A DNA stretch of 52,113 nt from positions 1-52,113 of IMG/VR virus record IMGVR_UViG_3300014349_000035. The stretch is one strand, 5' to 3'. The notes under the pieces are model-generated. The model searched no databases, had not been told where the DNA came from, and was given only the letters and a program-made list of their open reading frames with translations. This document shows, one piece after another, positions 42,698 to 50,330 of this stretch (position 1 is the first letter of the stretch; the number at the start of each line of letters is the position of its first letter). Source of the stretch: a virus. The position numbers and the translations under genes are program-made.

Positions 42698-42931
42698 TCA
42701 TTTGGGTGAGGGGCCGTCGCGGTCGAGCACGGAAAGGGCGTGCGCAATCCCGGCAGCGTAGACTTCGAGGAGAACGTCGGGCTTCTGGGCGGCAAGGGCG
42801 CTCATGGCGACCCGCCGCGCGATACTCGACAGGCCGTGCCTCATCTGTACGTGAGCCCGCTTGGGGCCATCTCCGAGCGGTAGATCGGCCAGCAGCGCAA
42901 TGGGGCCGGTTTTGGACGCCGCGTCACTCAT
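42698..42931 (-). CDS. hypothetical protein
   Basis: 77 aa from the ATG at 42931. Confidence 0.45.
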   Translation of the reverse strand: MSDAASKTGPIALLADLPLGDGPKRAHVQMRHGLSSIARRVAMSALAAQKPDVLLEVYAAGIAHALSVLDRDGPSPK

Positions 42932-43190
42932 GACCTTCCTCCAGGCGCTTGAGAAGGGAGGAGGCGAGGGCTTCGACCTTGGGGTCGCCGGATATGTTCG
43001 GAAACTCTGACAGGCCAGTCCGCGCCTCTTCCAGCAATCCACGGAGGCGGGTGTTGTCGGCCTCCAGCCTTTCCTCTCTATCGAGTGCGGCAGAGAGGGC
43101 CTGAGCGGCTTGGTCGCACTCGTAGAAGCGACCAACGCTGTCCTGGCCGTGTAGTCTCAACCGCTCTACCAGTTCACGGGGGTTGGTCAT
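42924..43190 (-). CDS. hypothetical coiled-coil protein
   Basis: 88-aa ORF, coupled. Confidence 0.5.
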   Translation of the reverse strand: MTNPRELVERLRLHGQDSVGRFYECDQAAQALSAALDREERLEADNTRLRGLLEEARTGLSEFPNISGDPKVEALASSLLKRLEEGHE

Positions 43191-43558
43191 TTAGGGTTCC
43201 TCCCGGGGCCGTCCTCTTCGATCACTGGGGCGACGCCTTCGGCGCTGCCACGGGTGGACTCCTCGCACTCGTCCGCCCAGCGCTTCAGCTCGGCGGCGAA
43301 GTGTGATAGTCGCCGATGCAGATAATCGAGCGGCGACCATGCCCAGCAGGCCTCGCGGCGATTGATGCGGCGTATGAGGCAAACATCCTCGCCGTGGACC
43401 TCGCAGCCTCCGATGACCACCCACGCATCATCACTTGGCTCACACCACCAGATTTCCTCGACCAGACCTGAGCAAGTCGGCTCCGCGCTCAGTGCGGCAA
43501 GGGTCAGGGTTCCCTTGCCGGAGGTGGTCGGTTGATCGTGGTCCCGGGATGCAGTCAT
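43187..43558 (-). CDS. hypothetical protein
   Basis: 123 aa from the ATG at 43558. Cys/Trp-rich. Confidence 0.5.
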   Translation of the reverse strand: MTASRDHDQPTTSGKGTLTLAALSAEPTCSGLVEEIWWCEPSDDAWVVIGGCEVHGEDVCLIRRINRREACWAWSPLDYLHRRLSHFAAELKRWADECEESTRGSAEGVAPVIEEDGPGRNPK

Positions 43559-43821
43559 CACTCCCCCTCCTCGGTATTGGGTGCAGAGAGGGCTTGTCGG
43601 GCGATGCGAGCCATGTTGGCCGCTTCGTCGATGGGCCATTCACCGACGCCACGCGCCCAGTCCATTCCACACCCGGGGCGGTCGACGATCTCTTCCAAAG
43701 CCCCCCGCATCCGCTCTACGTCTGAGAGAAGGGAGCGGAGGTCTTGGGCCAAAACCGGCCCTGCGTAGAGCCTTCCGCCGGTAGTTAGAGCCTCCTCCAA
43801 CCTCTTGATATAGTCGCTCAC
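43558..43821 (-). CDS. hypothetical protein
   Basis: 87 aa. GTG start overlaps the upstream stop. Confidence 0.5.
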   Translation of the reverse strand: MSDYIKRLEEALTTGGRLYAGPVLAQDLRSLLSDVERMRGALEEIVDRPGCGMDWARGVGEWPIDEAANMARIARQALSAPNTEEGE

Positions 43822-44240
43822 GACTGCTCCTCCTGGTGTTCACGCTGACGAAGGGCAGAGAGGATGGCTTCGGCAAGCCGCTCAATCGGGCGCGGGCATT
43901 CTCCGATCTCGGCTCCGTCCATCGGTATATGATCGGCGAAGACGGTGTTGTCTGGCCCCATGTCCTGCGCGTGCGCCGGAAACGAAGCTATGAGCGTCTT
44001 CAGCCTCTCAAGTTCATCTGCCAGAGCGTCAGTCGCGGGAGAGGGCTGGGGAGCGCGGCGGTTCCATGCGGCGATGGCGGCCGACCGGGGAGCGATTTCT
44101 TCACCAGTCGCGCCGCACTCGTCGCAGATGACGGCGAAATCGCCGTCGCTCGGCTCCTGATCTGGGCGCTCGATGCCGTATTGCTGAACAACGAGCTTTT
44201 GGCCCCCGCAGAACGGGCACGGCTTGAGAGCGTCAGTCAT
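43818..44240 (-). CDS. lar: Lar-family restriction-alleviation-like protein with C-terminal extension
   Basis: ATG at 44240 after GGAGAAAG. KPCPFCGG ... VICDECGATG ... AAIAAWNRR is the Lar-family pattern. An extra ~75 aa follow. Confidence 0.65.
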   Translation of the reverse strand: MTDALKPCPFCGGQKLVVQQYGIERPDQEPSDGDFAVICDECGATGEEIAPRSAAIAAWNRRAPQPSPATDALADELERLKTLIASFPAHAQDMGPDNTVFADHIPMDGAEIGECPRPIERLAEAILSALRQREHQEEQS

Positions 44241-44306
44241 GTCTTTCTCCAATCCAGACCGGGCGGTTGATGTCCCGTTCCCTGAGCTTGCGAGCCTTGC
44301 GCAGCT

Positions 44307-44633
44307 TCACCGCTTACCCTCCCGGTATGCGTTGAGGGCGGCGCGGGCGGCGTCACGCTCGCGGAGAAGGTCAAGAATCCAGTCGTCGCGCTCCTTCAAG
44401 ATCTGCTTCCAGTATTCGCGAGCGCGGTAAGCCGCTTCGTCGCGCTCGGTTCTGAGCGTTGTGATTTCCTCGCGCATCCGCCGGACCTGCTCGGCGAGGG
44501 ACACGTCCCCGCCGTCCGGTGGGTCCATGAACTCGACGCCACCGATGGCGGCAGAGACAGCGCAGCACTCGGCGCACGGCTCTTTCAGCACGGCCACGCG
44601 CTCACGGCGGCGAACGTCAACGGCATGGGTCAT
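44307..44633 (-). CDS. hypothetical protein (Cys motif + coiled coil)
   Basis: 108 aa from the ATG at 44633. Confidence 0.5.
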   Translation of the reverse strand: MTHAVDVRRRERVAVLKEPCAECCAVSAAIGGVEFMDPPDGGDVSLAEQVRRMREEITTLRTERDEAAYRAREYWKQILKERDDWILDLLRERDAARAALNAYREGKR

Positions 44634-44887
44634 CACTCGCTCCTTCCGTGAAGCGGGCAGTCCTCGGTGATCCAGAAAGCGCCCTTCATGCCCCAGGCAC
44701 CCCAGCCGCGCGCGTTGTCGCCAATGGGGCAGGTGCATCCGCGCTCAACAGCGGCGTTAGAGCCGGGCGTGGGGTCGTCGTCGTCGTCGTTGTTCGGGTC
44801 AAACGGGTCGGGCCGCTTCCACCATTCGCGGTGGCGCCGGTCATCGTCAGCGTCGGCTTGATCGCTGGGGGTCCAATCGCGGGTCAT
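44633..44887 (-). CDS. hypothetical acidic/Cys-containing protein
   Basis: 84 aa from the ATG at 44887. DPNNDDDDDP, GCTCPIG ... DCPLHG. Confidence 0.5.
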   Translation of the reverse strand: MTRDWTPSDQADADDDRRHREWWKRPDPFDPNNDDDDDPTPGSNAAVERGCTCPIGDNARGWGAWGMKGAFWITEDCPLHGRSE

Positions 44888-45285
44888 GCTGCGTCCTCGA
44901 AATGCTCGACGGTCAGGCCAGAGCGGGCGCACCAGGCGAGGATGAAGGTGAGGAGGTCGGCGAACTCGGCCTTGGTCAGCTTCGACGAGCGGTAGCCCAT
45001 CGGGAAAAAGCCATCGCCTTCCAGCACCGGCATGATGGTGATTTCGCAGCCCCACGCCTGCATGAAGACCACCTTCCACAGCTCGGGCGTCATCTTCACG
45101 CCGTTGTGGGTCGGGCGCTGGCGCTGGATTTGCGCGAGCAGCCCCCAAAGGGCGCTGTTCTGCGGGTCAGACCGCTTGGCCTCGCGGAACTCGATCACCG
45201 TCCCGTGCGGCGCCGTCCTGCACCATTGGGCGGCGGTCTCGCGGTTGGCCGGACGGTCGAGGATGATGGGGCGGGAGCGGGTCAT
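44884..45285 (-). CDS. ninB: NinB/Orf-family recombination protein
   Basis: EFREAKRSDPQNSALWGLLAQI ... PELWKVVFMQAWG matches the NinB pattern. Confidence 0.8.
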   Translation of the reverse strand: MTRSRPIILDRPANRETAAQWCRTAPHGTVIEFREAKRSDPQNSALWGLLAQIQRQRPTHNGVKMTPELWKVVFMQAWGCEITIMPVLEGDGFFPMGYRSSKLTKAEFADLLTFILAWCARSGLTVEHFEDAA

Positions 45286-46001
45286 ACGGCCCGCCTTTCC
45301 TCGATCACCTCAAAGCCGGGGATCGTCCGGCGGCCTTGGCGGCAGTCGCGGTTGGCCAGCGACAGGAAGAACTCCTCGCAGGCGGCGCGGTCGGTCTGCC
45401 AGTAGTGGCGAGCGGCAGCCGTTCCATCGACCAGCCGGGGCGTCCAGTAGCTCCGCAGGCCGGTTCCCGTGGTCGCGGCTTTGTCGGCCTTGCTGGCCAC
45501 CTTCGCAGCCTTGTCAGCGTCGCGCAGGGCGGCCTCGGCAGCCTCGCGGGCGGCAAGGTCCGCCGATGCGGCGCGCATGGCCTCGGCGGCCTTAGCAGCG
45601 GCTTCCTCGGCCTCGCGGCGGGCCTTCTCCGCAGCCTCCCGGCGGATGCGCTCCTGTTCCTTGCGCCACGGTTCCAGCGCCCGCTTGCACGCCTCGGCGG
45701 CCAGCACGGTCATGCCGCGCACCGCCTTGGTGTCAGAGATCAGCGGGGCGTATTTCGCCTGCACCGCCGCCTTGCCTTCGTCGAAGGGCCGGTTCTCCTC
45801 CTTGCGGGCCTCGTCGGCGGCTTTCTCGGCCTGCCTGATCTGGTCTAGGAGGTCGGCCACGGCATCGGCTTGCCCTTTCGTGGTGATGGGCTCGCCGTCG
45901 AGGAAGTTGCGAGCCTCGGCGTAGAGGTCTTCGATGTGCGCCTTGATGGCGCCGAAGGTGTCGGGCGGGTTGTTGTGGCCCATCATGCCGTCAGCCATCA
46001 C
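45282..46001 (-). CDS. hypothetical protein, long Ala/Glu/Lys/Arg coiled coil
   Basis: 239-aa ORF, coupled to both neighbours. Confidence 0.6.
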   Translation of the reverse strand: MMADGMMGHNNPPDTFGAIKAHIEDLYAEARNFLDGEPITTKGQADAVADLLDQIRQAEKAADEARKEENRPFDEGKAAVQAKYAPLISDTKAVRGMTVLAAEACKRALEPWRKEQERIRREAAEKARREAEEAAAKAAEAMRAASADLAAREAAEAALRDADKAAKVASKADKAATTGTGLRSYWTPRLVDGTAAARHYWQTDRAACEEFFLSLANRDCRQGRRTIPGFEVIEERRAV

Positions 46002-46663
46002 GCGGCCTCCGAGAACGGGTCGGCTTCACCGTTCCCCGCGGGCGGCGCGAACCGGGTGGCCTCGTTCTTCATGGCGCGGACCACGCGGGCGTATTGCTCG
46101 TCGCTCATCACCTCGCGCCATTGGGCCTTGTTCTTCGCCCAGGTGGCCTTGAACTCGTCGCCGGACGTGCAGGCGATCAGGGCGCGAATGGCGAAGTCGG
46201 CGGGGTCGGGCGCGGCCTCCACGTTGGCCATGCTCTTGTCGTAGAGCGCGAGCCCGAACGGGTTGCCGAAAGTCATCAGCGCCCGCTTCATGGCGTCCGT
46301 CTCAGCCTCCTTCAGCGCGCTCTCGTGGGCTTGGTCCACGTCCTTGTCGATGCCGGAGCCGAAGCCGCAGCCCTCGCGGATGATGACCGTCTCCCCGGCC
46401 CGCACGGTGACGCGCACCCGGCAGGAGTAGCCGACGCGCCACTGGTCGTTGCCGTGCTTGTCCTTCCCAAGGCGCGGCTCGCCAAGTTGGCGCAGGTCCA
46501 CGGTCTCGCGGTCCCATGCGTCGAACCCGAAGATGCGGTTGGCCTCGGCGATGGCGTGCCATCCCTCGATATAGGACAGCTTGCGCCCGGCCTGTTCCCG
46601 CGTGGCGACGTGCGCCTTGTTCAGCGGGGCGGCCAGCTCCTTGGTCTGTTCAGGCGTGAACAT
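45998..46663 (-). CDS. Rad52/22-family single-strand annealing protein
   Basis: LSYIEGWHAIAEANRIFGFDAWDRETV ... KEAETDAMKRALMTFGNPFGLALYDK. Confidence 0.85.
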   Translation of the reverse strand: MFTPEQTKELAAPLNKAHVATREQAGRKLSYIEGWHAIAEANRIFGFDAWDRETVDLRQLGEPRLGKDKHGNDQWRVGYSCRVRVTVRAGETVIIREGCGFGSGIDKDVDQAHESALKEAETDAMKRALMTFGNPFGLALYDKSMANVEAAPDPADFAIRALIACTSGDEFKATWAKNKAQWREVMSDEQYARVVRAMKNEATRFAPPAGNGEADPFSEAA

Positions 46664-46889
46664 TGATATGCTCCAGGTGTTGTGCGATCCGCCGCTGGGT
46701 GGCGCGGTGCAGCGCGTCGCGGCGGGCTTGCTGGCAGGCGTTGGCCACGCCGGAACGGACGTTTAGCAGCGCGAACTCGGCGGCCCGGATGCGGGGCAGG
46801 TCGGCCTCGATCTCGCCCGGCTGTTCGCCAGCGAAGCGGACGAGATCGGCGACGGCGCGCTCCAGTGCGGTTACGGGATCGTTGGTCAC
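46650..46889 (-). CDS. hypothetical protein
   Basis: 79-aa ORF. Confidence 0.45.
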   Translation of the reverse strand: MTNDPVTALERAVADLVRFAGEQPGEIEADLPRIRAAEFALLNVRSGVANACQQARRDALHRATQRRIAQHLEHINVHA

Positions 46890-47083
46890 GCTGTCACCTG
46901 CGCGGACCAGACGCGGCGGCGCTTGCCGTCAGGGCTGATGCGTTCCACCACCACCTCGGGCGGGTAGTCGGGATGCTGAAGCCTGCGCCAGTGCCAGAGG
47001 GCGAGCTTCTTGGCCCGGTCCAGTGCGTCCACGGTGTCGATCACGACACGGGTGCGGGGGATAATGACGGCGTAGCGGGTCAT
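46886..47083 (-). CDS. hypothetical protein
   Basis: 65 aa from the ATG at 47083. Confidence 0.45.
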   Translation of the reverse strand: MTRYAVIIPRTRVVIDTVDALDRAKKLALWHWRRLQHPDYPPEVVVERISPDGKRRRVWSAQVTA

Positions 47084-47454
47084 TGGGCGGTGTCCTTTTG
47101 TTGTGACGCGCCGTCCTTGCGTGTGCTCACCCGAGCCCGGTTCCGGGGCTCCTCGCCAAGGCGGCCGTAGATTTGAAAGCCGAGGAACCATTGCGGTCCA
47201 TCACCGCCGCGCCCGGAAAGACCAACCCACCAGTGCATCGGGTAGCTGCCGAATTTGGTCGTCAGCGAGGTCTCAAAGGTGCGCCGCATATTGAAGCGGG
47301 CGGGGAAGCGGGCGATCACCCACGCGCCGGAGAAGACGGCGGCGGCCAGGCAGACGGTTATGATCACGCCCCAGCCGACGCTTCCGGCGATGGCGTTGGC
47401 TATGTCAGCCCAAGGAAAGTGTTCTTGGGCCGGGGACGGCGCGTCACCCATCAT
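47080..47454 (-). CDS. membrane protein
   Basis: 124 aa. TM helix GWGVIITVCLAAAVFSGAWVIA. Confidence 0.5.
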   Translation of the reverse strand: MMGDAPSPAQEHFPWADIANAIAGSVGWGVIITVCLAAAVFSGAWVIARFPARFNMRRTFETSLTTKFGSYPMHWWVGLSGRGGDGPQWFLGFQIYGRLGEEPRNRARVSTRKDGASQQKDTAQ

Positions 47455-47466
47455 TCAATCTCCATT

Positions 47467-47784
47467 TCAGGAAGCGCAGGCTCGCCACGCACGGGCGGCC
47501 TTGATTGCTGCTGTCAGTTCTTCGGCCATTGAGATCGCGCCGCAGGGACCACCGCCGGTCATCCGGGTTCGGGTCCATTCCTCAACCACCAGGGCGAGGA
47601 CGGCTTCGGCTTGCTCGATGGTCAGCCACAGGTGGCCGGTCGGGTAGGTGCGCCACATGACCTCGCCGGTCAGGTGCTCGAAAGAGGGTCGGGAGACGGC
47701 ATCGCCGCCTCCCTGCCGCACGAGGGGGCCACCCTTTGCCGCTTGCTGGGCGGCGTAGGGGTCGCGCGGGGTCTCGGGGGTCAT
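47467..47784 (-). CDS. hypothetical protein
   Basis: 105-aa ORF. Confidence 0.5.
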   Translation of the reverse strand: MTPETPRDPYAAQQAAKGGPLVRQGGGDAVSRPSFEHLTGEVMWRTYPTGHLWLTIEQAEAVLALVVEEWTRTRMTGGGPCGAISMAEELTAAIKAARAWRACAS

Positions 47785-48104
47785 TGGTCGCCTCCGGTCG
47801 CCTTGGCGATGGCGGCGAAAGCGCGCGCGTTCAAAGCGTGGTCAGCCGCAGACGATGAACATCCAATGGTGTGGTGCCAGCGTTGCTGAAGCTCCCTCAG
47901 CACATCCAGAAGCTCCGGCGCGGCGGCTATCAGGCGGGCGTTGGCGCGCTGTTCTTCAAGCCCTTCAAACTCGCTGACCGCATCCCAGTCTTTAGGGGCG
48001 TTTGGAAACACGGAGGCGATAAACTCATCGCCAGCCCACACAGGGCCGGTCATGCTGTGAGGGTCGTAGGACCAAGGCCCCGGCGTGTGCTTGCTCTCGC
48101 TCAT
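47781..48104 (-). CDS. hypothetical protein (SESKHTPGPW N-terminus), paralogue-like to 48294..48575
   Basis: 107 aa from the ATG at 48104 (ATGA-coupled). Ends ...AIAKATGGDQ. Confidence 0.55.
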   Translation of the reverse strand: MSESKHTPGPWSYDPHSMTGPVWAGDEFIASVFPNAPKDWDAVSEFEGLEEQRANARLIAAAPELLDVLRELQQRWHHTIGCSSSAADHALNARAFAAIAKATGGDQ

Positions 48105-48208
48105 TGGCTCAAACTCCAAATCCAGAAGCTCACCACCAGCGACAGGACAGAGACGACCAGTCCGCCGTTCAGGGCATTGCGGAGGAGGAAGGAGAGGGCG
48201 GGGTTCAT
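48101..48208 (-). CDS. 35-aa single-TM peptide candidate
   Basis: MNPALSFLLRNALNGGLVVSVLSLVVSFWIWSLSQ, with ATGA coupling at both ends. Confidence 0.35.
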   Translation of the reverse strand: MNPALSFLLRNALNGGLVVSVLSLVVSFWIWSLSQ

Positions 48209-48297
48209 TGACCCATGCTCACGACGTAGACAGCGACCAGCAGCCAGAAGGAGCCAGCAGCCAAGGTGATGATGGTGAGGCGGCGACGGGGGCTCAC
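48205..48297 (-). CDS. 30-aa single-TM peptide candidate
   Basis: (V)SPRRRLTIITLAAGSFWLLVAVYVVSMGQ. GTGA overlap with the upstream stop and ATGA overlap with the downstream start. Confidence 0.35.
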   Translation of the reverse strand: MSPRRRLTIITLAAGSFWLLVAVYVVSMGQ

Positions 48298-48575
48298 TGG
48301 CCAGTCGCCTTGGCAATGGCGGCGTCGATCTCCGCGACCCACTCCTCGTCAGAACCTTCGACCTCGCTCCAGCGAGAGTTCTTCAAGTCCAAGACCGTCT
48401 GACGAGCCGCGCGCAGCGCCTCGAGAAGCCCGGACCGCTGCTCAAGGACGCGCTTGATCGCCGCCCGATCCATCGCGGTCGGAAAGCCGCCACGTCCCCG
48501 CCGATTGTCGTACTGCGCGAGGAAATCCCGGACGGCCTCACCCCAGATGTCGGGAGTGTGCTTGCTCTCGCTCAC
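48294..48575 (-). CDS. hypothetical protein (SESKHTP N-terminus)
   Basis: 93 aa from the GTG at 48575 (GTGA coupling). Ends ...AIAKATGQ. Confidence 0.55.
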   Translation of the reverse strand: MSESKHTPDIWGEAVRDFLAQYDNRRGRGGFPTAMDRAAIKRVLEQRSGLLEALRAARQTVLDLKNSRWSEVEGSDEEWVAEIDAAIAKATGQ

Positions 48576-48826
48576 AGCGTCCCCCATTCGCGAACGGGGT
48601 TGACCGGCGCTTCAAGATCGGCAGCGCAGTCACAGCAGACGCGCTCGCCGTAGTCGTCCAGAAGGTCGAGGTCGAAGTCGTGGCGGCTGCTAAACCAGCG
48701 CTGGCACTCCTCGCACTGGAGCGCGTCGCTTTCCCGCGCCGCCTCGTCAAAGTCGGCCAGCGGGTAGTCGGTCAGGTAGTCGGCGATAAACGCCTGCGCT
48801 GCCGGGTCGGTCGGATCAAGCAACAT
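48572..48826 (-). CDS. hypothetical zinc-ribbon-like protein
   Basis: 84 aa. CEECQ ... CCDC. Confidence 0.55.
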   Translation of the reverse strand: MLLDPTDPAAQAFIADYLTDYPLADFDEAARESDALQCEECQRWFSSRHDFDLDLLDDYGERVCCDCAADLEAPVNPVREWGTL

Positions 48827-49061
48827 CGCCCGCCCCCATCATCTCGGCCACGCGCACCGCCGCCCACTCGGCAGCGTCGGCAACATCAAGGCTCATGCCC
48901 GCATCAAGGCAGGTGTCGAGAAGGATGTTGCTGGCGCGAATGCAGCGGTTCTCAGCGGCAAACCGTGCATCAAGGTCGGTAACGCCAAGCGTCGCCGCGC
49001 GGGCCACAACGTAGCCGTTGAGCGCGGTGGCCAGATGGTCGAGGGTGATTGATCGCTGCAT
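48816..49061 (-). CDS. hypothetical protein, first gene of the early-left operon
   Basis: 81-aa ORF just downstream of the operator-bearing region. Confidence 0.5.
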   Translation of the reverse strand: MQRSITLDHLATALNGYVVARAATLGVTDLDARFAAENRCIRASNILLDTCLDAGMSLDVADAAEWAAVRVAEMMGAGDVA

Positions 49062-49091
49062 GGTGTGTCCCCGTGTCTATGGGGAGCACTG

Positions 49092-49104
49092 TTGCATTTT
49101 GCAA
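49092..49104. promoter_or_regulatory. operator, 13-bp palindrome TTGCATTTTGCAA
   Basis: TTGCA-N3-TGCAA. One of three perfect copies flanking the repressor gene. Confidence 0.6.
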
Positions 49105-49136
49105 ACATACTATCAAGGGGGCGGGCGCAAAAAATA

Positions 49137-49149
49137 TTGCAGAATGCAA
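49137..49149. promoter_or_regulatory. operator, 13-bp palindrome TTGCAGAATGCAA
   Basis: Same TTGCA-N3-TGCAA architecture, 45 nt centre-to-centre from the first copy. Confidence 0.6.
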
Positions 49150-49202
49150 ACGCCTATTTCACAAGGGAATCGTCGGCGGTTTACCCAGACCGGGTAGCCG
49201 GG

Positions 49203-49511
49203 TCAGCTCGCTTTGAGGAGTGCTTCCAACACCAGGACGGCCTGCCTCTGCTGTTCCTTGGGGACGCGCGAGGCGATGCGCACTAGATCGGTGTCCAGAT
49301 CGTCGGGGTGATGGTCAAGGAGGAAGCCCGGCGTAGTATTGAGCGCAGGCGCTAGTCTGCGGAGCCACTTGGAAGACAAGCCGCGCTCGCCTGCCTCGAT
49401 TAGCGAAATCACAGAGGCGGTGGTTCCAACGGCAGTAGCAAGCTGCTCTTGCGTAAGGCGCCGGTGTTCGCGCCACGCCTTGAGGAAGTTCTTTTCAGCG
49501 TCCTTAGCCAT
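49203..49511 (-). CDS. CI-like repressor, XRE-family HTH, no peptidase domain
   Basis: 102 aa from the ATG at 49511. LTQEQLATAVGTTASVISLIEAGERG. Lies between operator clusters, divergent from a Cro-like gene. Confidence 0.75.
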   Translation of the reverse strand: MAKDAEKNFLKAWREHRRLTQEQLATAVGTTASVISLIEAGERGLSSKWLRRLAPALNTTPGFLLDHHPDDLDTDLVRIASRVPKEQQRQAVLVLEALLKAS

Positions 49512-49593
49512 ACCCTCATTTTGCGCTGAGGGCGGCGAGAAAGCGTTAGACAGGCTGCAAACATGCGCGCCGAAAATGGGCTTGCCTGCAATG

Positions 49594-49606
49594 TTGCATT
49601 CTGCAA
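49594..49606. promoter_or_regulatory. operator, 13-bp palindrome TTGCATTCTGCAA in the divergent repressor/cro region
   Basis: Third perfect TTGCA-N3-TGCAA. Extra TGCAA half-sites at 49556, 49587 and 49619. Confidence 0.6.
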
Positions 49607-49616
49607 ACATGCCGAC

Positions 49617-49832
49617 ATGCAAACTGCTTCGCCCATTGAGATCGCCGAGCGCCTGCGGGCCGCAGGGGTCAGCGCCAGTTATGCCAGCCAACTGTCACGC
49701 TCCGTTCGGAAGCCGTCGCAGCGGCTGGCTATCAAGCTCTATCGGGAAACCGGCGTGAAGCTGGGGCCGATTGCCAACGCGACTGACAGCGAGATTGACG
49801 CGCTCGAAAGCCTGCTCGGGAAGGTCGCTTGA
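49617..49832 (+). CDS. Cro-like small HTH protein
   Basis: 71 aa from the ATG at 49617. IEIAERLRAAGVSASYASQLSRSVRKPS. Divergent from the repressor. Confidence 0.55.
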   Translation: MQTASPIEIAERLRAAGVSASYASQLSRSVRKPSQRLAIKLYRETGVKLGPIANATDSEIDALESLLGKVA

Positions 49833-50330
49833 ATGGCCCCCTACAGCAAAGGCACGGTCTATTTCATTCGCCCGGTCGGCATGGATGGGCCGGTCAAGAT
49901 CGGCTTTACCCGCAGCCCGGTTGCCCGCCTCGACCAAATCAACAAGTGGGTTCCGTGGGAACTTGAGATAGCGGCTACGGTTGGCGGCACTCTGAAAACC
50001 GAGCTCCGCTTCCACACCCTTCTCGAAGCGCACCGGATGCGCGGGGAGTGGTTCCACGGCTCGCCGGACGTTTTGGCCGTTGTGGCGTCGGTTGCTGCCG
50101 GAACGTTTGATCTCGACAGCCTCCCAACGGCGCGCCGGGCGCAATCGTTCTACTCCCACGAAGTTCAACGCCTCTGGCGCGAGCGGGCGGATGCGAAGGC
50201 CCGACTTAAGCCGTTGCGCGCGTCCATGCCGGATGATCTTCGGCTGAAATATGACCGCTTGGGACGGCTGGACGTTGCGGCCTGCGCGGCTGCACTGGCC
50301 GAACTCAACGCCTTCGCCGAGGCGGCCTAG
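49833..50330 (+). CDS. T5orf172 / GIY-YIG-like domain protein
   Basis: GTVYFIRPVG ... VKIGFTRSPVARLDQIN ... ELRFHTLLEAHRMRGEWF. Confidence 0.7.
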   Translation: MAPYSKGTVYFIRPVGMDGPVKIGFTRSPVARLDQINKWVPWELEIAATVGGTLKTELRFHTLLEAHRMRGEWFHGSPDVLAVVASVAAGTFDLDSLPTARRAQSFYSHEVQRLWRERADAKARLKPLRASMPDDLRLKYDRLGRLDVAACAAALAELNAFAEAA

